From a virus (taxonomy: Duplodnaviria; Caudoviricetes), in IMG/VR virus record IMGVR_UViG_3300048625_000096, positions 1-61,779 of that record: a stretch of DNA of 61,779 nt. One strand, written 5' to 3'. This document shows, in pieces, positions 42,600-53,429 of this stretch. Under the pieces are notes generated by a model. It was not told the DNA's origin and ran no database searches. It was given only the letters and a program-made list of their open reading frames with translations. A program made the position numbers and the translations under genes. Positions within the stretch are counted from its first letter, which is position 1. Each line of letters starts with the position of its first letter.

Positions 42600-44321
42600 T
42601 TATTCTTTGTCAACTGTTCGACGTTGAGGAATATTTGTTCCATACGCTTCAGTTACCAAAGTATTTCTAATCTCTTGTTCAGCCTGTAGCTGCTCAGCAC
42701 TAACTGCTGCGTCGCCCTGTGCATCAGTGCCTGGAGCACCTAGCTGACCGTCACCGAGAACATCTCCATCACCCATCATTGCAGGCTCCATTGGAGTAGC
42801 AGTTCCATCTGGGCTAACCATCATTCCAGTTAGGTCCATTAGCTGCTTTGAAATCTGAGCCTTAACAAGGTTAAGAGCTCCATCAGACTGAGCATCCTCA
42901 ATAAGCTCACGACGAATCTCAGTAAGTTTCTCACTAGGGAACTCTTCACCAAGGGCACGCAAAGCGCCTTCCTTAGACTCAAGACCCATAGCAATCTTCT
43001 GTGAAAGCTCATTAAGAAGAACAAGCTTGTCTAGAGGTAGCGGAGGTGGGAAGTGTGCGTAGTTTACGTAAGTGATTGGGTCATTAGGGTCAAGCTGAGG
43101 TAGCTGACCGTTCTTAATAGGACCGTCAGTTTCTGGGTCGTACTTAAGAGTCTCAGGCTCTTTAACCGCAAGGTTAAGGATAATGAGCTCATTAATCTTT
43201 TCTAGACCAGAGCCATACTGTGCAATCTTCTGAGTCCAACGGTTCATTAGAGGCTGGAACTGGATAGAAAGAGCTACACCAGATGTGTTAGAGATTGGCT
43301 GAACTTGTCCAAGAGCAGTCTCAGGGATGTTCATAAGCTCGTGCATAGAACGCTTTAGCTGTTCTAGGTACTGCAAAGCACCCTGAATACCAGAACCTCC
43401 ACCTTCAAGGTTGAAGACCTGTGCGTCCTTAGGAAGGCCTCCCCAGACCTTCTTGGCACCCTTTTCAAGGTTAGACGCTTTAGCGCCTACAATGACCGTT
43501 ACAGGGGCTGCGTGGTAGTTAATAATGTCCGCGATGTCGGTAGAAATCTCGTTGTATGCACGGTTAATCGCAATGATGTCGTGTGCATCCGAAAGTCCCC
43601 AAGGAGAACCAGAAACTGGAATGTTCGGAATGTGAACAACAGGAATCAAACCAAGTGGGTTTGGGCGTGAGTCAATAAGTTCGTCGTTGATGTATTCTTC
43701 AATAACATCGTCGGTAAGAATCTCGGTGTAAGTAAATACCTGACGAGTTCCTTCAAGAGAGGTTCCCCAGAAACGGTACTTCTGCTTGAAACGAAGCAAA
43801 CGAGTACGGTCGTGAGGGTGAAACTCAGGGAAAGCAAAAGCAGGGTTTAGAGGAAGAACACGTACACGACCTGGGTGTAGGCGACCAATAGAGTCTTCCC
43901 ACGCTTCTTCATAAGCTACCTTAACGAAACAGTCACCAGTGATTCCACCAGTCTGTGCCATTTCAAAAAGCACACGCTGCTTGTCGTTGTCAATCTCCCA
44001 CACACGCTCTAGAAGAGCAGGGACGATTGCTTCAGTAGACTTTGGAGAACGGAAGTGCACGCCATTACCGAAAGTAAAGCGAGCCAAGTAATCGAGCATT
44101 GCACGGTAGTAGTTAACCGCAATCTGCATCTCACCCTGTTCACGACGGTAGCCCCAGTGGTGACCAAGGTACATTGCCCAGTTAAGTGAGTAACGGTTTA
44201 GACGAGGACCGTGAACCTCGAACTCTTCATCAGCTAGCTCTACAAGACCTAGTGGAGAGATGGAAATTGTTAAGTCAGACGATGCTGCTCTATAGCTCGG
44301 TGGAGAAAAGTCCATAGACAT
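42600..44321 (-). CDS. portal protein (SPP1 gp6-like)
   Basis: IPVVHIPN...WGLSD, SNTSGVAL; position. Confidence 0.9.
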   Translation of the reverse strand: MSMDFSPPSYRAASSDLTISISPLGLVELADEEFEVHGPRLNRYSLNWAMYLGHHWGYRREQGEMQIAVNYYRAMLDYLARFTFGNGVHFRSPKSTEAIVPALLERVWEIDNDKQRVLFEMAQTGGITGDCFVKVAYEEAWEDSIGRLHPGRVRVLPLNPAFAFPEFHPHDRTRLLRFKQKYRFWGTSLEGTRQVFTYTEILTDDVIEEYINDELIDSRPNPLGLIPVVHIPNIPVSGSPWGLSDAHDIIAINRAYNEISTDIADIINYHAAPVTVIVGAKASNLEKGAKKVWGGLPKDAQVFNLEGGGSGIQGALQYLEQLKRSMHELMNIPETALGQVQPISNTSGVALSIQFQPLMNRWTQKIAQYGSGLEKINELIILNLAVKEPETLKYDPETDGPIKNGQLPQLDPNDPITYVNYAHFPPPLPLDKLVLLNELSQKIAMGLESKEGALRALGEEFPSEKLTEIRRELIEDAQSDGALNLVKAQISKQLMDLTGMMVSPDGTATPMEPAMMGDGDVLGDGQLGAPGTDAQGDAAVSAEQLQAEQEIRNTLVTEAYGTNIPQRRTVDKE

Positions 44322-44569
44322 TATTTTTTACCGTGCTTCTTATCGTCTTTTTTAGCCTCAAGTTTGTGCTCTTCAGCGTGCTTCTTGTATTCTTCAATCA
44401 TACGTTCACGCTTGGCGACTTCGCCTGAGTCTTGAAACTTACCGCCTAGCTCAATGTAGCGGCGGTGAACCCAGTGCGAGGCACCTGGGGATGGGTAAAC
44501 TCTGTATTTAGCTTTAGCCTGGAATACGACCATGGCGTAAAGTTTTTCATTTACGGGTACTTCTGACAT
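44321..44569 (-). CDS. small conserved-looking phage protein
   Basis: P.NEKLY...AKAKY.VYPS.A...Y..LGG.F; AGGAG RBS. Confidence 0.75.
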   Translation of the reverse strand: MSEVPVNEKLYAMVVFQAKAKYRVYPSPGASHWVHRRYIELGGKFQDSGEVAKRERMIEEYKKHAEEHKLEAKKDDKKHGKK

Positions 44570-44590
44570 TAAAATCTCCTCACTAACCGC

Positions 44591-44634
44591 GCCTTATGTC
44601 CCCACTCTAATTACTTAAAGTGGGGACGTAAGGC
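44591..44634 (-). terminator. long intergenic stem-loop
   Basis: GCCTTACGTCCCCACT / AGTGGGGACATAAGGC. Confidence 0.55.
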
Positions 44635-44649
44635 TAAACAACAAAAAGA

Positions 44650-45045
44650 TTAGTCGTTTACTACGGTTGGGTTAAGGCGCTGTGTACGACCACCTGAAAC
44701 AAGCTTGGTCTCTACAACCTGCTCAGCGTTGTTGCTGAACGAACCGTGTGAGAACTCGCCTAGGAATGTCGGTGCCTCAATCCATGCAGCTGAACCTACG
44801 TGAGCACGCTCAGATAGGGTCTCAGCAGCTGGCTTCTGCCATACTGGAGCGTTGCGGTTTGGACGGCCTGGAGCAGCAGAAAAACCATTCTGAATGCCAA
44901 CCTGGAAGTCATTTGGAACGTCAGTGTCGGTAGCGACACCTTCTTCAAAACGTAGTGGACCACGACGTTCTTCGTTGCCTGCTAGCTTGCGCTCGTAAAT
45001 CTGAGGCGCACGCTCTGGGAACTGCGGTGCTGGGGATAGACCCAT
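44650..45045 (-). CDS. hypothetical protein
   Basis: 131 aa, AAGGAG RBS, between terminase and portal. Confidence 0.8.
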   Translation of the reverse strand: MGLSPAPQFPERAPQIYERKLAGNEERRGPLRFEEGVATDTDVPNDFQVGIQNGFSAAPGRPNRNAPVWQKPAAETLSERAHVGSAAWIEAPTFLGEFSHGSFSNNAEQVVETKLVSGGRTQRLNPTVVND

Positions 45046-45139
45046 GGGTAACTCCTTTAAAGTAGAGATGGAAAACTCGAGTATTTCCTCTACTAGTGTG
45101 AGAGTTTTCTAGGAATAAATAATGGTGAACTCAAACTTT

Positions 45140-46750
45140 TTATCCAAAGAACGGGTTAGAAGTCACTGAAACCTCAGGCATAACCAGTTCTTGGGTAAGA
45201 GAGCACGCAATAGCCAACGAGTCAACGTAGTCATCGTGTGCGTAAGCCTCTGTTGGAGCAGAAACCATGAAGTTAGCACCCTTGTATTGAATTTCAGCAT
45301 CAGTCATCTGTTGCATAAATCTCTTGTGCATACGTAGACGTCTAGACTTAGCGTGATTAGGGAAACTAAGCATACGACGTTGAATAAGGGCTAGTAGGTG
45401 CTTGAATCGCTTTGACTGTTCTGTAGGAGAAGACGTTAGAGGAACAACCTCAGAACGAGGCATTAGGATTTTGAGGCGTTGAGCAACAGCGTCACCGACA
45501 CCGTTAGCGTCCACGCCAATAGCGAGGACGTCGTAATTAGAAAGAAAGTTAACAATCTGGAAGTACTGCTCTTCCCAGTCATCGCCTTGTAGCTCCAACC
45601 AGTTGAGGACTCTATGGTCGAAATAGCCAAACTCATCGGGACGGTCCCAGTCAACCCAGACAACTGTGACAACTGTGGAGTCCATCTTTCGAGCAGGGTC
45701 GATTCCGACCACAACAGGGGTTTGATGCCACGCTTTGACGAGTTCTTGTGATGTATCACCAAGTTCATCCATGACACTTGATGTGACAAACATGCCTCGC
45801 TCAAGAAGCCATTTGCAGTTGTACGACATCTGAAATTCATCCGAGTCTTCTCCAATACGAAGCATCTCCTTCTTAATGTGGGTTGCATAGTCTGGGTTAA
45901 TCTTTGATACTTCTCGATAGTCCCACTGGAAGTGGTTTTGGCGAGCACGACGTCCAGTCTGGCGACGCTTATTAAGCTGAATAGATTTGTAGAAGTTGTT
46001 CTTAGAAGTTGTAGGGGTACCTGTCTTAACCATGGTACCCGCGTAATACGCCATCATCGGAGCAATAGACTTGTTAACAATGAAGTCATCCGCTTCTTGA
46101 CACTCATCGATAACGATAAGGTGGAACGACTTAGACTCAATCTTCGCTCTAGGGTTAGCTGTCATCATGGTCATAGTGGAGCCAAGCTTCTTTAGCTTAA
46201 CGGTCTTGGTTACACCAGAAATTTTGGCAGCAACGTCGTCAATCTCAGGGTCTTGCAGAATCTCTTGAGCAGCCTCAGATGTTAGGCGCGTAACGGTTCT
46301 AGAGAATAGAGTTTCTGCCTGTCCTTCTGTAGGAGCAAACAAACCTACCCAAAGGCCATTCTTAAACTTACCTAGAAGGTCTGGGTACATCTTTGCCAAT
46401 AGTGGGAGCATAATCATCAAGGTAGATACTGTGTTAGCAATAACCTCAGACTTACCAGACTGACGTGCAGCAAGAGCAGTTACCTCTTCACCATCACCAA
46501 TGATGACAGACTCCATGATTCTTCTTGAAAGAGGCTGCTGGTATGGGTGCAGCTTGTGGCCTACAAGAAGCTCCATAAACATGAACAGCTTATCGATAAG
46601 ACGGTCAACGAATGCTTGAGTGAGCTCGTCTACTTCATCTTCTTCTACAAATTCAGGAAGGTCTTCGTCGTGCTCTTCCTGGAAAAACTCAGGACTAATC
46701 TCTTCAAACTGAGACTCTTCTTCTTGGTACTCTTCTTCGTTAGAACTCAT
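45140..46750 (-). CDS. terL: terminase large subunit
   Basis: Walker A ARQSGKS, Walker B LIVIDE, GTP coupling motif, nuclease GIDPAR..D and HDDYVDS. Confidence 0.95.
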   Translation of the reverse strand: MSSNEEEYQEEESQFEEISPEFFQEEHDEDLPEFVEEDEVDELTQAFVDRLIDKLFMFMELLVGHKLHPYQQPLSRRIMESVIIGDGEEVTALAARQSGKSEVIANTVSTLMIMLPLLAKMYPDLLGKFKNGLWVGLFAPTEGQAETLFSRTVTRLTSEAAQEILQDPEIDDVAAKISGVTKTVKLKKLGSTMTMMTANPRAKIESKSFHLIVIDECQEADDFIVNKSIAPMMAYYAGTMVKTGTPTTSKNNFYKSIQLNKRRQTGRRARQNHFQWDYREVSKINPDYATHIKKEMLRIGEDSDEFQMSYNCKWLLERGMFVTSSVMDELGDTSQELVKAWHQTPVVVGIDPARKMDSTVVTVVWVDWDRPDEFGYFDHRVLNWLELQGDDWEEQYFQIVNFLSNYDVLAIGVDANGVGDAVAQRLKILMPRSEVVPLTSSPTEQSKRFKHLLALIQRRMLSFPNHAKSRRLRMHKRFMQQMTDAEIQYKGANFMVSAPTEAYAHDDYVDSLAIACSLTQELVMPEVSVTSNPFFG

Positions 46751-46982
46751 CTTCAGCACGTTTCTTTAATTCTCGAACGATAGCAAGCAATGCCTCAGCA
46801 CCAAGCTCAGCTTCGTATAGCTGTTCAATACCATCGCGTTTGTAGTGGACAACTCCTTTACCAATAGAGTAAAGAGAGTTCTCTACCCACGTAACTAACT
46901 CAGGTGTAGAGATGCCAGCTATCCTCTTCTCCAGCTTGCTCTGGGGCTGGTTGCCATCCTTTTTCTTCTGAAAAATCGTCAT
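46740..46982 (-). CDS. hypothetical protein
   Basis: 80-aa ORF overlapping terL start. Confidence 0.65.
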   Translation of the reverse strand: MTIFQKKKDGNQPQSKLEKRIAGISTPELVTWVENSLYSIGKGVVHYKRDGIEQLYEAELGAEALLAIVRELKKRAEDEF

Positions 46983-47223
46983 CAGTTAGTATCCGTATTC
47001 CAGTAGCCTTCATCAAGGCTTCTTCTTCGTCTAGTTGTCCAATCCATTTACCGATAACAAGTGTTCGGTAGAACGGTAATCTAATCATAATTGGTTTAGC
47101 TAATCTGTATGGCTCAGTAATCTCCTGAGTTTCTCCACGAACAACTACTTTCCATCCCCAAGCAACTGGGTTTCTAAATAGCTGAACAAAATGCTGTTTT
47201 CCGATGTTGTGTACCTTTGGCAT
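46900..47223 (-). CDS. hypothetical protein
   Basis: 107-aa ORF, AGGA RBS. Confidence 0.65.
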   Translation of the reverse strand: MPKVHNIGKQHFVQLFRNPVAWGWKVVVRGETQEITEPYRLAKPIMIRLPFYRTLVIGKWIGQLDEEEALMKATGIRILTDDDFSEEKGWQPAPEQAGEEDSWHLYT

Positions 47224-47229
47224 ATTTTC

Positions 47230-47856
47230 CTATTTGTGAGGGTTCTTTCCACCCTTTGATGTGTTCTTTCCAAGACTTTTAGAGGTCGCACTCCGTGGGC
47301 TTAGTTGAGCTTTAGCTCTTGCGGCCTTAGGTACGGTTCCTTTATACTTCCCTACGTTACCAGAGTATGCAAATTTAACTTGGCTAGTTCTGGCTACACG
47401 ATAAATTTGTGCCATTACTTCTGGGTCTACATTAGAAACATCTGCGAGTCCGCGGTTCTTACCGATGAAGATACCGTCTTGTGCTTGCTTAGAGTTAGCC
47501 CTGTTAAGACCAGCTTTACCTTTTGAAATGGCGTTGTGGAAACCAAGCCACTCATCTGGGCTTACGTCATAGTAGTTGTAGATAGTTCCATCACGGAATA
47601 CTACCGTCATAGTCTGGCGAGATTTATCGTAACCAGCAGCTACAGTGCGAGGCCTACTTACATCAGTGGATGATGTAGGGATATCTGTAAGTCTTGCAGG
47701 AGCTTCTGTACTTACAGCATACTCTTCTTCCTCATCGGAAGTATCTGGTTCATTCTGTGGAGCATAACCAGAGTAACTGTCGGGCACTCCACCAGTAATT
47801 TGGGTAAAGATGGCATTTAGTCTATTGACCTCATTTTGGTCATAACCTCTAGCCAC
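47230..47856 (-). CDS. KTSC domain protein
   Basis: GYD..RQTMTVVFRDGTIYNYYDV...W..F..A.SKG. Confidence 0.85.
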   Translation of the reverse strand: MARGYDQNEVNRLNAIFTQITGGVPDSYSGYAPQNEPDTSDEEEEYAVSTEAPARLTDIPTSSTDVSRPRTVAAGYDKSRQTMTVVFRDGTIYNYYDVSPDEWLGFHNAISKGKAGLNRANSKQAQDGIFIGKNRGLADVSNVDPEVMAQIYRVARTSQVKFAYSGNVGKYKGTVPKAARAKAQLSPRSATSKSLGKNTSKGGKNPHK

Positions 47857-47877
47857 GATACCTCCTACAAAAACTAA

Positions 47878-47919
47878 TAGACCGCACTTCCTAGAAACAA
47901 GTCTAGGAGGTGCGGCCTA
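47878..47919 (-). terminator. stem-loop/terminator
   Basis: TAGGCCGCACCTCCTAGA / TCTAGGAAGTGCGGTCTA. Confidence 0.6.
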
Positions 47920-47933
47920 CTAAATGTTGCTTA

Positions 47934-48581
47934 TTAGCTAGCGGCAGCGTAAGCAGCGATGGTGATGGCGGTGCCAACAACCTTTTCATCTGCTCCAGCA
48001 GCTACTGACTGGGTCTTGATGGTACCAGTAGCACCAACAGCAGAAGCAGTGATTTCAGTTAGAGCTAGTACTGTAGTAGCAGTACCTGATGCAGTGAATG
48101 AGCCAGAAGCAGCAGTTAGAACGGTGTAAGTACCGTTAGCAGCTGCTGAGCCTGAGTTGCTGATTACTACGGTTGCGCCTACAGGGAAGCCGTGTGAAGC
48201 TGCAGTTGCTGTAATGGTGGTCTGTCCAGCGGTGCGAGAAATCGCGGTAACAGTCTTTGCAGTCTGAGCAACAGCTGAGCCTACAGTAACAACAAGACCT
48301 GCATCCTCAAGGATGTCGGTTGCGTTAGCAGTGGTCTGGCCGATTACTGAAGGAACTACAATGAAGCCAGCACCTTCTGCACCCTCTTGACCTGGGAGGT
48401 AAAGTGGGTAGCCGTTCCAGCCTTCGTAAGCGATGCTGTGGTTGTCAAGAGTAGCGTCCAATAGGCCGCCACCATTCTCTTCACGAACGTCGTTTGGCTG
48501 TAGTGGGAAGTTACCCCATACAAAGTCAACTACTACGTTGCCTGAGTCATCGACCAAGTGGCCGTTTTCGTTTGTTGCCAT
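47934..48581 (-). CDS. PASTA-like domain protein with inserted beta domain
   Basis: VPSVIG.T.ANA..ILEDAGL...I..QS.AAG; inserted HGF.VG..V.I..S....NGTY.V. Confidence 0.65.
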   Translation of the reverse strand: MATNENGHLVDDSGNVVVDFVWGNFPLQPNDVREENGGGLLDATLDNHSIAYEGWNGYPLYLPGQEGAEGAGFIVVPSVIGQTTANATDILEDAGLVVTVGSAVAQTAKTVTAISRTAGQTTITATAASHGFPVGATVVISNSGSAAANGTYTVLTAASGSFTASGTATTVLALTEITASAVGATGTIKTQSVAAGADEKVVGTAITIAAYAAAS

Positions 48582-48640
48582 AATCTATTATCTTTCTCTA
48601 GAGTTGTTTGTTACATTCCCGTGCACGGGGAAACTTATTC

Positions 48641-48898
48641 TTACTCGTAGTACCCTTGCTCTTCATCCTCTTCACACTCGTGTGTGTCAAGCTCATAAGA
48701 GTATAGTACATCCGCACATTCCTTGCAGCGGAACATACGTACGTCATCTAGTGCTTCGTGCAAAGAGTCGGAGTGGGCAACTTCTTCCTGAGCTCTTGGA
48801 TTTTGTGCAAAAATCTCAGAAGGAAAAGGTCCTTGTGCGCGATATGCGCCGTTAGGAATCGCATGACCCTGAACGGCAAACTTACGGATTACAGGCAT
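48641..48898 (-). CDS. small zinc-binding protein
   Basis: FRCKEC...HEC. Confidence 0.65.
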   Translation of the reverse strand: MPVIRKFAVQGHAIPNGAYRAQGPFPSEIFAQNPRAQEEVAHSDSLHEALDDVRMFRCKECADVLYSYELDTHECEEDEEQGYYE

Positions 48899-49110
48899 TA
48901 CTCTGTAATTTTCTTTCGTGTAGTCTTCTTCGGAGCTACAATAGGCTCTTCAATGACTACTGGCTTTACTTCACGTAGAGGAATTAGACCAGCTACTTTC
49001 TGAGCGTGAAGAAACTTTGGTACGTGGCGAGAACAATAATCTATTCCGTATGTTGGAGTGATGGCGTAAGTGTAAATAGCACCATTCTCGCAGTTAGCAC
49101 ATTTAGTCAT
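48898..49110 (-). CDS. small zinc-binding protein
   Basis: CANC...YC..H. Confidence 0.65.
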   Translation of the reverse strand: MTKCANCENGAIYTYAITPTYGIDYCSRHVPKFLHAQKVAGLIPLREVKPVVIEEPIVAPKKTTRKKITE

Positions 49111-49120
49111 GTCGATATTT

Positions 49121-49741
49121 CTAGTCGTTGTACTGTTCTCCAGCAGGTACTGCTGAAGATAGCGTGCCGTTAGAAGGCTTTTTACGTGGTTTAGTAATTG
49201 GTTTAGTGATGGCTTCAGTAACTGCGCTAGCAGAAGTCTTGCGAGCTCTAGGTGCAGCTGGGGCTTTAACTGCTGCTACTGGAGAAACAGTCTTAGGTGC
49301 AGCTTTCTTAACAGCTGGCTTAGGCTTCTTTTCAGCAGAAGTAGTGAAAGACATACGTGAACCACCTTCAGCGGTTTCCTGTAGGTCTACTCGTCCGCCT
49401 CCACGAACACGTGAGGCTGGGTTGCTTACCCATGCTGCAGCTGAACTGTAGCGGTGTTCACGGTCCTGCTGCTTTAGCATCTGAGCGTGAGCATCTGACG
49501 AAAGACCTAGACCGTGAATGTGGTCAATAACTGCAAGCTGGTTTTCGTGGTGAACCTGAGTCATAGAGGCTTCGTGAGCCATCTGCTTCTCGTGCATCTT
49601 AGCTTGAGCACGCACGGCGTTACCTCCACCTAAGTGTTCAGTAACCTTTCCCAGTGTATCGAAGACAGCACCAACACCACCCATAGGGGCAACCTTTACG
49701 CCTTCACCCATAGTGCCGCGTACGCTTGTAAAATCACTCAT
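49121..49741 (-). CDS. hypothetical protein with Lys/Pro/Ala-rich tail
   Basis: 206-aa ORF, ATGA-coupled. Confidence 0.7.
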   Translation of the reverse strand: MSDFTSVRGTMGEGVKVAPMGGVGAVFDTLGKVTEHLGGGNAVRAQAKMHEKQMAHEASMTQVHHENQLAVIDHIHGLGLSSDAHAQMLKQQDREHRYSSAAAWVSNPASRVRGGGRVDLQETAEGGSRMSFTTSAEKKPKPAVKKAAPKTVSPVAAVKAPAAPRARKTSASAVTEAITKPITKPRKKPSNGTLSSAVPAGEQYND

Positions 49742-50085
49742 GACTTAATTGTCTCCTCTACGGTGCCCACTCGTCTCTCTAAAGCTTCAAATCTTTCATT
49801 ACCGTCCTCTAGACGGGTATTAATCTTGTTAACCACATCTTTAACGGACTTACCTCCATTGTGGCTAAGCTCTGCCTCAAGCTTAGTGATGCGCTCCAAC
49901 ACTCCAGGACGTCGTGGGTGTACGTGGTCGCCTTCTTCACCAAACCAGTCAATGGTGAAACGGTTAAGCGCGTCCATCAGTTTCTTAGTCTTTTTAAACA
50001 CAGGGGTAAGTACTTTCCAAAGCACGCCTAGTGCGCCTCCAATCACAATAATGCTGCTGGCAATGTTGATGACGGTCTGGTCCAC
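49738..50085 (-). CDS. membrane protein with coiled coil (lysis-associated, putative)
   Basis: N-terminal TM; PGVLER; NGGKSVKD.V. Confidence 0.7.
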   Translation of the reverse strand: MDQTVINIASSIIVIGGALGVLWKVLTPVFKKTKKLMDALNRFTIDWFGEEGDHVHPRRPGVLERITKLEAELSHNGGKSVKDVVNKINTRLEDGNERFEALERRVGTVEETIKS

Positions 50086-50097
50086 GATAGTGCTTTC

Positions 50098-50292
50098 TTA
50101 CTTAAATACGCGGTAGCCTCCGCCAAAACCTTCTGAGTTCTGACGTCCAGCTTGTTTCCACGTGACGATTGATGGTCGCTCGTTGTTTTTTGGGTACTTA
50201 ACAGAAATAGCCTCTGACTTCAAAGAATCAAGAAACTGTGCGCTCATCACGCCGTTCCTGTTATTTGGAGCCAGAGGCTTTCTGTCAGTCAT
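50098..50292 (-). CDS. hypothetical protein
   Basis: 64 aa, TAATG-coupled. Confidence 0.6.
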   Translation of the reverse strand: MTDRKPLAPNNRNGVMSAQFLDSLKSEAISVKYPKNNERPSIVTWKQAGRQNSEGFGGGYRVFK

Positions 50293-50666
50293 TACTTGGC
50301 TGTTGCTTCTTCTTCGATGTCGTCTTCGTCTTCATCGTCGAATAGGTCGGTGATGTCACCGAAGTCATCTAGCTCAGCCATTTCAGTAGCGGCAGTCTCA
50401 ACTGCAGCAGCTACATCCTTGTTGTCAGCGGCTTGCTTAGCAACAGCTGCACGGAAGCCCTTCTCGATGTCCTCATCTGAGATTGATGCGTCCCAAGCAA
50501 GCTGAACACCGAAGTAGATGATGATTGATGATAGAACGGTAGCAACACCGTTAAATCCACCGAGTACAGGGCCGATGCCAGTTGCAGCACCTGAAGCCAT
50601 ACCAGGGATAAATGCGAATAGAATTACACCGATAAAACGGGTAAGTAGATTCTTTAGCTTGTTCAT
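50292..50666 (-). CDS. holin-like membrane protein
   Basis: Two TM segments and acidic tail, coupled to endolysin. Confidence 0.6.
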   Translation of the reverse strand: MNKLKNLLTRFIGVILFAFIPGMASGAATGIGPVLGGFNGVATVLSSIIIYFGVQLAWDASISDEDIEKGFRAAVAKQAADNKDVAAAVETAATEMAELDDFGDITDLFDDEDEDDIEEEATAK

Positions 50667-51433
50667 TAATTAATTGCCTTCCAGGTCAATTGTCCGACGA
50701 TGCCGTCTGGTTTAGTGATTTCTTTGCGCTTCTTTTGGAACGCTACAACTGCTGCATGAGTTGTTGAGCCGAATACACCGTCGATTTTTAGACCTAGTTG
50801 CTGCTGTAGATACTTAACTGCATCACCCTTGGAGCCTGTCTTCAACTCGCCCTTTAATGTTGGCTTAACCAATTTCGAGACGGGAACTGAGGGTGATGCA
50901 GGCTTTGTTGTTGCTGGAGCGGCTACTGGAGCAGCCTTCTTTACAGCTGGAGCTGCAGGAGCAGCTACTTTAGCAGCAGGCTTTCCAGCCACTGCTTTAA
51001 TCTGGCGTTTAACGAACGCATCTGCGTCGTAAACCTTACCAGCGAAAACTGCGTCCTTGGTCATACCAAGAGTAAAGTGCAGGTGCACACCGCTTGAGAA
51101 CTTACCTGTGGTTCCAGCACCGCCGATTACATCGCCAGCCTTAACCTTGGTGCCAACCTTTAAAGGGCTTGGCTTGTGGAGGTGAGCATAGCCAAAGAAT
51201 ACGGCACTCTTCTCACCCTTAACAATCATGTTAACTTTAAGAACTACTACGTTGCCTAGACCGTCTGACCACTTGTTCTCAGCGATAATTCCGTCGCTAA
51301 CTGCGAATAGCTTGGTTCCGCCACCAAAACCATTGTAGTCGGTACCGCGGTGACCGTTTGGGTGCCATGAGTCTACGACACCAAATAGTGGTCCGTACTT
51401 ATATTTTGCAAGAGGCATTACCCATTTAGACAT
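50666..51433 (-). CDS. endolysin (M23 peptidase + peptidoglycan-binding domain)
   Basis: HRGTD, YAHL, SGVHLH; GSKGDAVKYLQQQLG..DGVFG..T...V..FQ...DGIVG..TW. Confidence 0.92.
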   Translation of the reverse strand: MSKWVMPLAKYKYGPLFGVVDSWHPNGHRGTDYNGFGGGTKLFAVSDGIIAENKWSDGLGNVVVLKVNMIVKGEKSAVFFGYAHLHKPSPLKVGTKVKAGDVIGGAGTTGKFSSGVHLHFTLGMTKDAVFAGKVYDADAFVKRQIKAVAGKPAAKVAAPAAPAVKKAAPVAAPATTKPASPSVPVSKLVKPTLKGELKTGSKGDAVKYLQQQLGLKIDGVFGSTTHAAVVAFQKKRKEITKPDGIVGQLTWKAIN

Positions 51434-51468
51434 ATTGTAGTCCTTTCAAAGATTACTTCTATTGTGAT

Positions 51469-51636
51469 TTACTCTTCGTCTTTTTTCAGTGCTAAGTTGA
51501 TTGCTCCAATAACTAGACCACCAATAAGTAGATAGCCTGTGATTGTCTTTAGAGTGCCTTCTAGAACAGCCCAAGCGATAAACATACCGATTAGGGTCCA
51601 GCGGTCTTCTACGATGTTCTTTAGAAACTTCTTCAT
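51469..51636 (-). CDS. 55-aa two-TM membrane protein
   Basis: [55 protein letters not shown]; TAATG-coupled; missed by ORF track. Confidence 0.75.
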   Translation of the reverse strand: MKKFLKNIVEDRWTLIGMFIAWAVLEGTLKTITGYLLIGGLVIGAINLALKKDEE

Positions 51637-53429
51637 TACTTTATCTTTCTGTTCATTGGTGCTGCTGCTTGGATAGCTGCTGTGGTTACCTGTGTTAGAA
51701 CCACCGCTGCTACTACTTCTTTCTTTGCTGTTTCACGTACTGCTGGAGACATGTCCGCACCCAAGTTACCCAAGGTATTCAATGCTCCAAGTACAGCTGT
51801 TGCTGCAGGACCAATCAAAGGAACTGCCGCTAGCTCTGCTGGGACTTCTGGGTCGTCTGCTTCAGCAGCTACTGCCAAAGCCTCAAGAGCTTGAACATAC
51901 TCCTCTGAACCAGGTTCAGCAGTTTCCAATGTGCTGTAAGCAGCCTCCACTAGCTGGTCAACCTGTTCTGGTGTAAGCTCATCTACAGGTACTTCCAATA
52001 GATTGGAGACGGTTTCAGATGGAACTTCAGGTGAAGGTATTGGCTCTGGCTCTGGCAATGTGGCTGTGGGCGAAGGTTCTGGTGTGGGTTGTATTGTCGG
52101 TTCCACGGGAGCTGGGGTTTTCGATGGCTCTGGTGTGGGTTCTGGTGACTTTGTTTGTGTTGGAGAAGGAGTCGGTGTTGGCTCGACAGGAGTGGGTGTA
52201 GGTGTCGGTTCTACAGAAGGTGTTGGGGTGGGCTCTGGTGATGGCAGTACTGGCTCTGACGGGGTGGGTGTTGGCTCTGGTGTTGGAGATACAGAAGGCT
52301 CTGGGCTAGGAACCACTGCTACAGGGATAATCGACCAAGTAAAGCGAGTTACCTTTACTACGCCACCACAAGGGTCTCCAAATAAACCGTTATCTAAGGA
52401 AACGGTAACAGTGGTATTACCCACCATTATCCCTTCCAAAATACTTGATACATCTGCCCCACAGTTCTTATCTGTAGGAGAGCCATACCATGCTCGTGCA
52501 GAATAGAACTCCCAGCCATCAGGTGCAGTAATTGTCACTACTCCACCCTCGTAAGTTTCTTGAGCCCACCAAGGTGGTGTAGCATCTTCTACAGCTCTTT
52601 CTAATCCTGGAATAGCAGCTATGGCGTTGTCTAAGCGTGCCTGAGCAGCATTAAGGGTATTTAGTGCGTCGTCTTTTGCGACTGTCTCTGCTTGTCCGTA
52701 TTCCGTCCATGCAGGGGTAGTTGATTGGGTATCTACGAGAACTTTTACGTTGTCTACAGCTGGACCATAGTTACCGTTCCAATAACCACCGTCAGAAAGA
52801 CGGAAACCTACATCCCAGCGCACAGCGTCAGCAGGAAGGGTATATGTCTGTGTAAGGGTCTTCCAGTCGTGGAAAGCTCCGCTGTACTGCAGGTTGTAGT
52901 AGTTTAAGCGAGTACCGTCAGCAGCGTAAGTGCGGAACTCAATACGGTAGTAGTCATACTGGGTGTTGCTGCGCTGGTTAGCGTTATCCCACACGTCTAC
53001 GGAGAACGTCACTGTTCTAACTGGGGAAGCAAAGGTGCCTTGTTGGTAGTAGAAGTTGCCTGAAGAGTAGGAGCCCCAAAGAGCTCCGTCCCTAACAACA
53101 GCAGAGCCGTAGTTGTTATACATCCATGGTTCGTACATAGTAATTCCAGACCAAGAAGAAGCGTCATGGAAATCTCCATTAGGTACGACGTTTCCAGATG
53201 CCTGTACAGTTACTTCTGGGTGCTCTACTGCTGAGGCTAACCAAGCTGCATAAGCATCATCATAGGCTACTTTGGCGTCATCTCTAGCCTGAGTGGCGTC
53301 AATAACCTCTTGTTGTCCAGCGGCTAGTGCAGCTTGAGCATCCTCTAGAGTATTGGCGTATGCAGGAGTAGAAAAAAGCAGACCACCAAATGCAAGAATG
53401 ATTGCTGCTAGAGACCTAGTTCTTTTCAT
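51636..53429 (-). CDS. secreted/surface protein with CBM-like and SUEL-type lectin domains and Pro/Thr stalk
   Basis: Signal peptide (AYA site); VPNGDF...GPAVDNV; YGSP...C...[10 protein letters not shown]; (PT)n linker; hydrophobic C-terminus. Confidence 0.75.
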   Translation of the reverse strand: MKRTRSLAAIILAFGGLLFSTPAYANTLEDAQAALAAGQQEVIDATQARDDAKVAYDDAYAAWLASAVEHPEVTVQASGNVVPNGDFHDASSWSGITMYEPWMYNNYGSAVVRDGALWGSYSSGNFYYQQGTFASPVRTVTFSVDVWDNANQRSNTQYDYYRIEFRTYAADGTRLNYYNLQYSGAFHDWKTLTQTYTLPADAVRWDVGFRLSDGGYWNGNYGPAVDNVKVLVDTQSTTPAWTEYGQAETVAKDDALNTLNAAQARLDNAIAAIPGLERAVEDATPPWWAQETYEGGVVTITAPDGWEFYSARAWYGSPTDKNCGADVSSILEGIMVGNTTVTVSLDNGLFGDPCGGVVKVTRFTWSIIPVAVVPSPEPSVSPTPEPTPTPSEPVLPSPEPTPTPSVEPTPTPTPVEPTPTPSPTQTKSPEPTPEPSKTPAPVEPTIQPTPEPSPTATLPEPEPIPSPEVPSETVSNLLEVPVDELTPEQVDQLVEAAYSTLETAEPGSEEYVQALEALAVAAEADDPEVPAELAAVPLIGPAATAVLGALNTLGNLGADMSPAVRETAKKEVVAAVVLTQVTTAAIQAAAPMNRKIK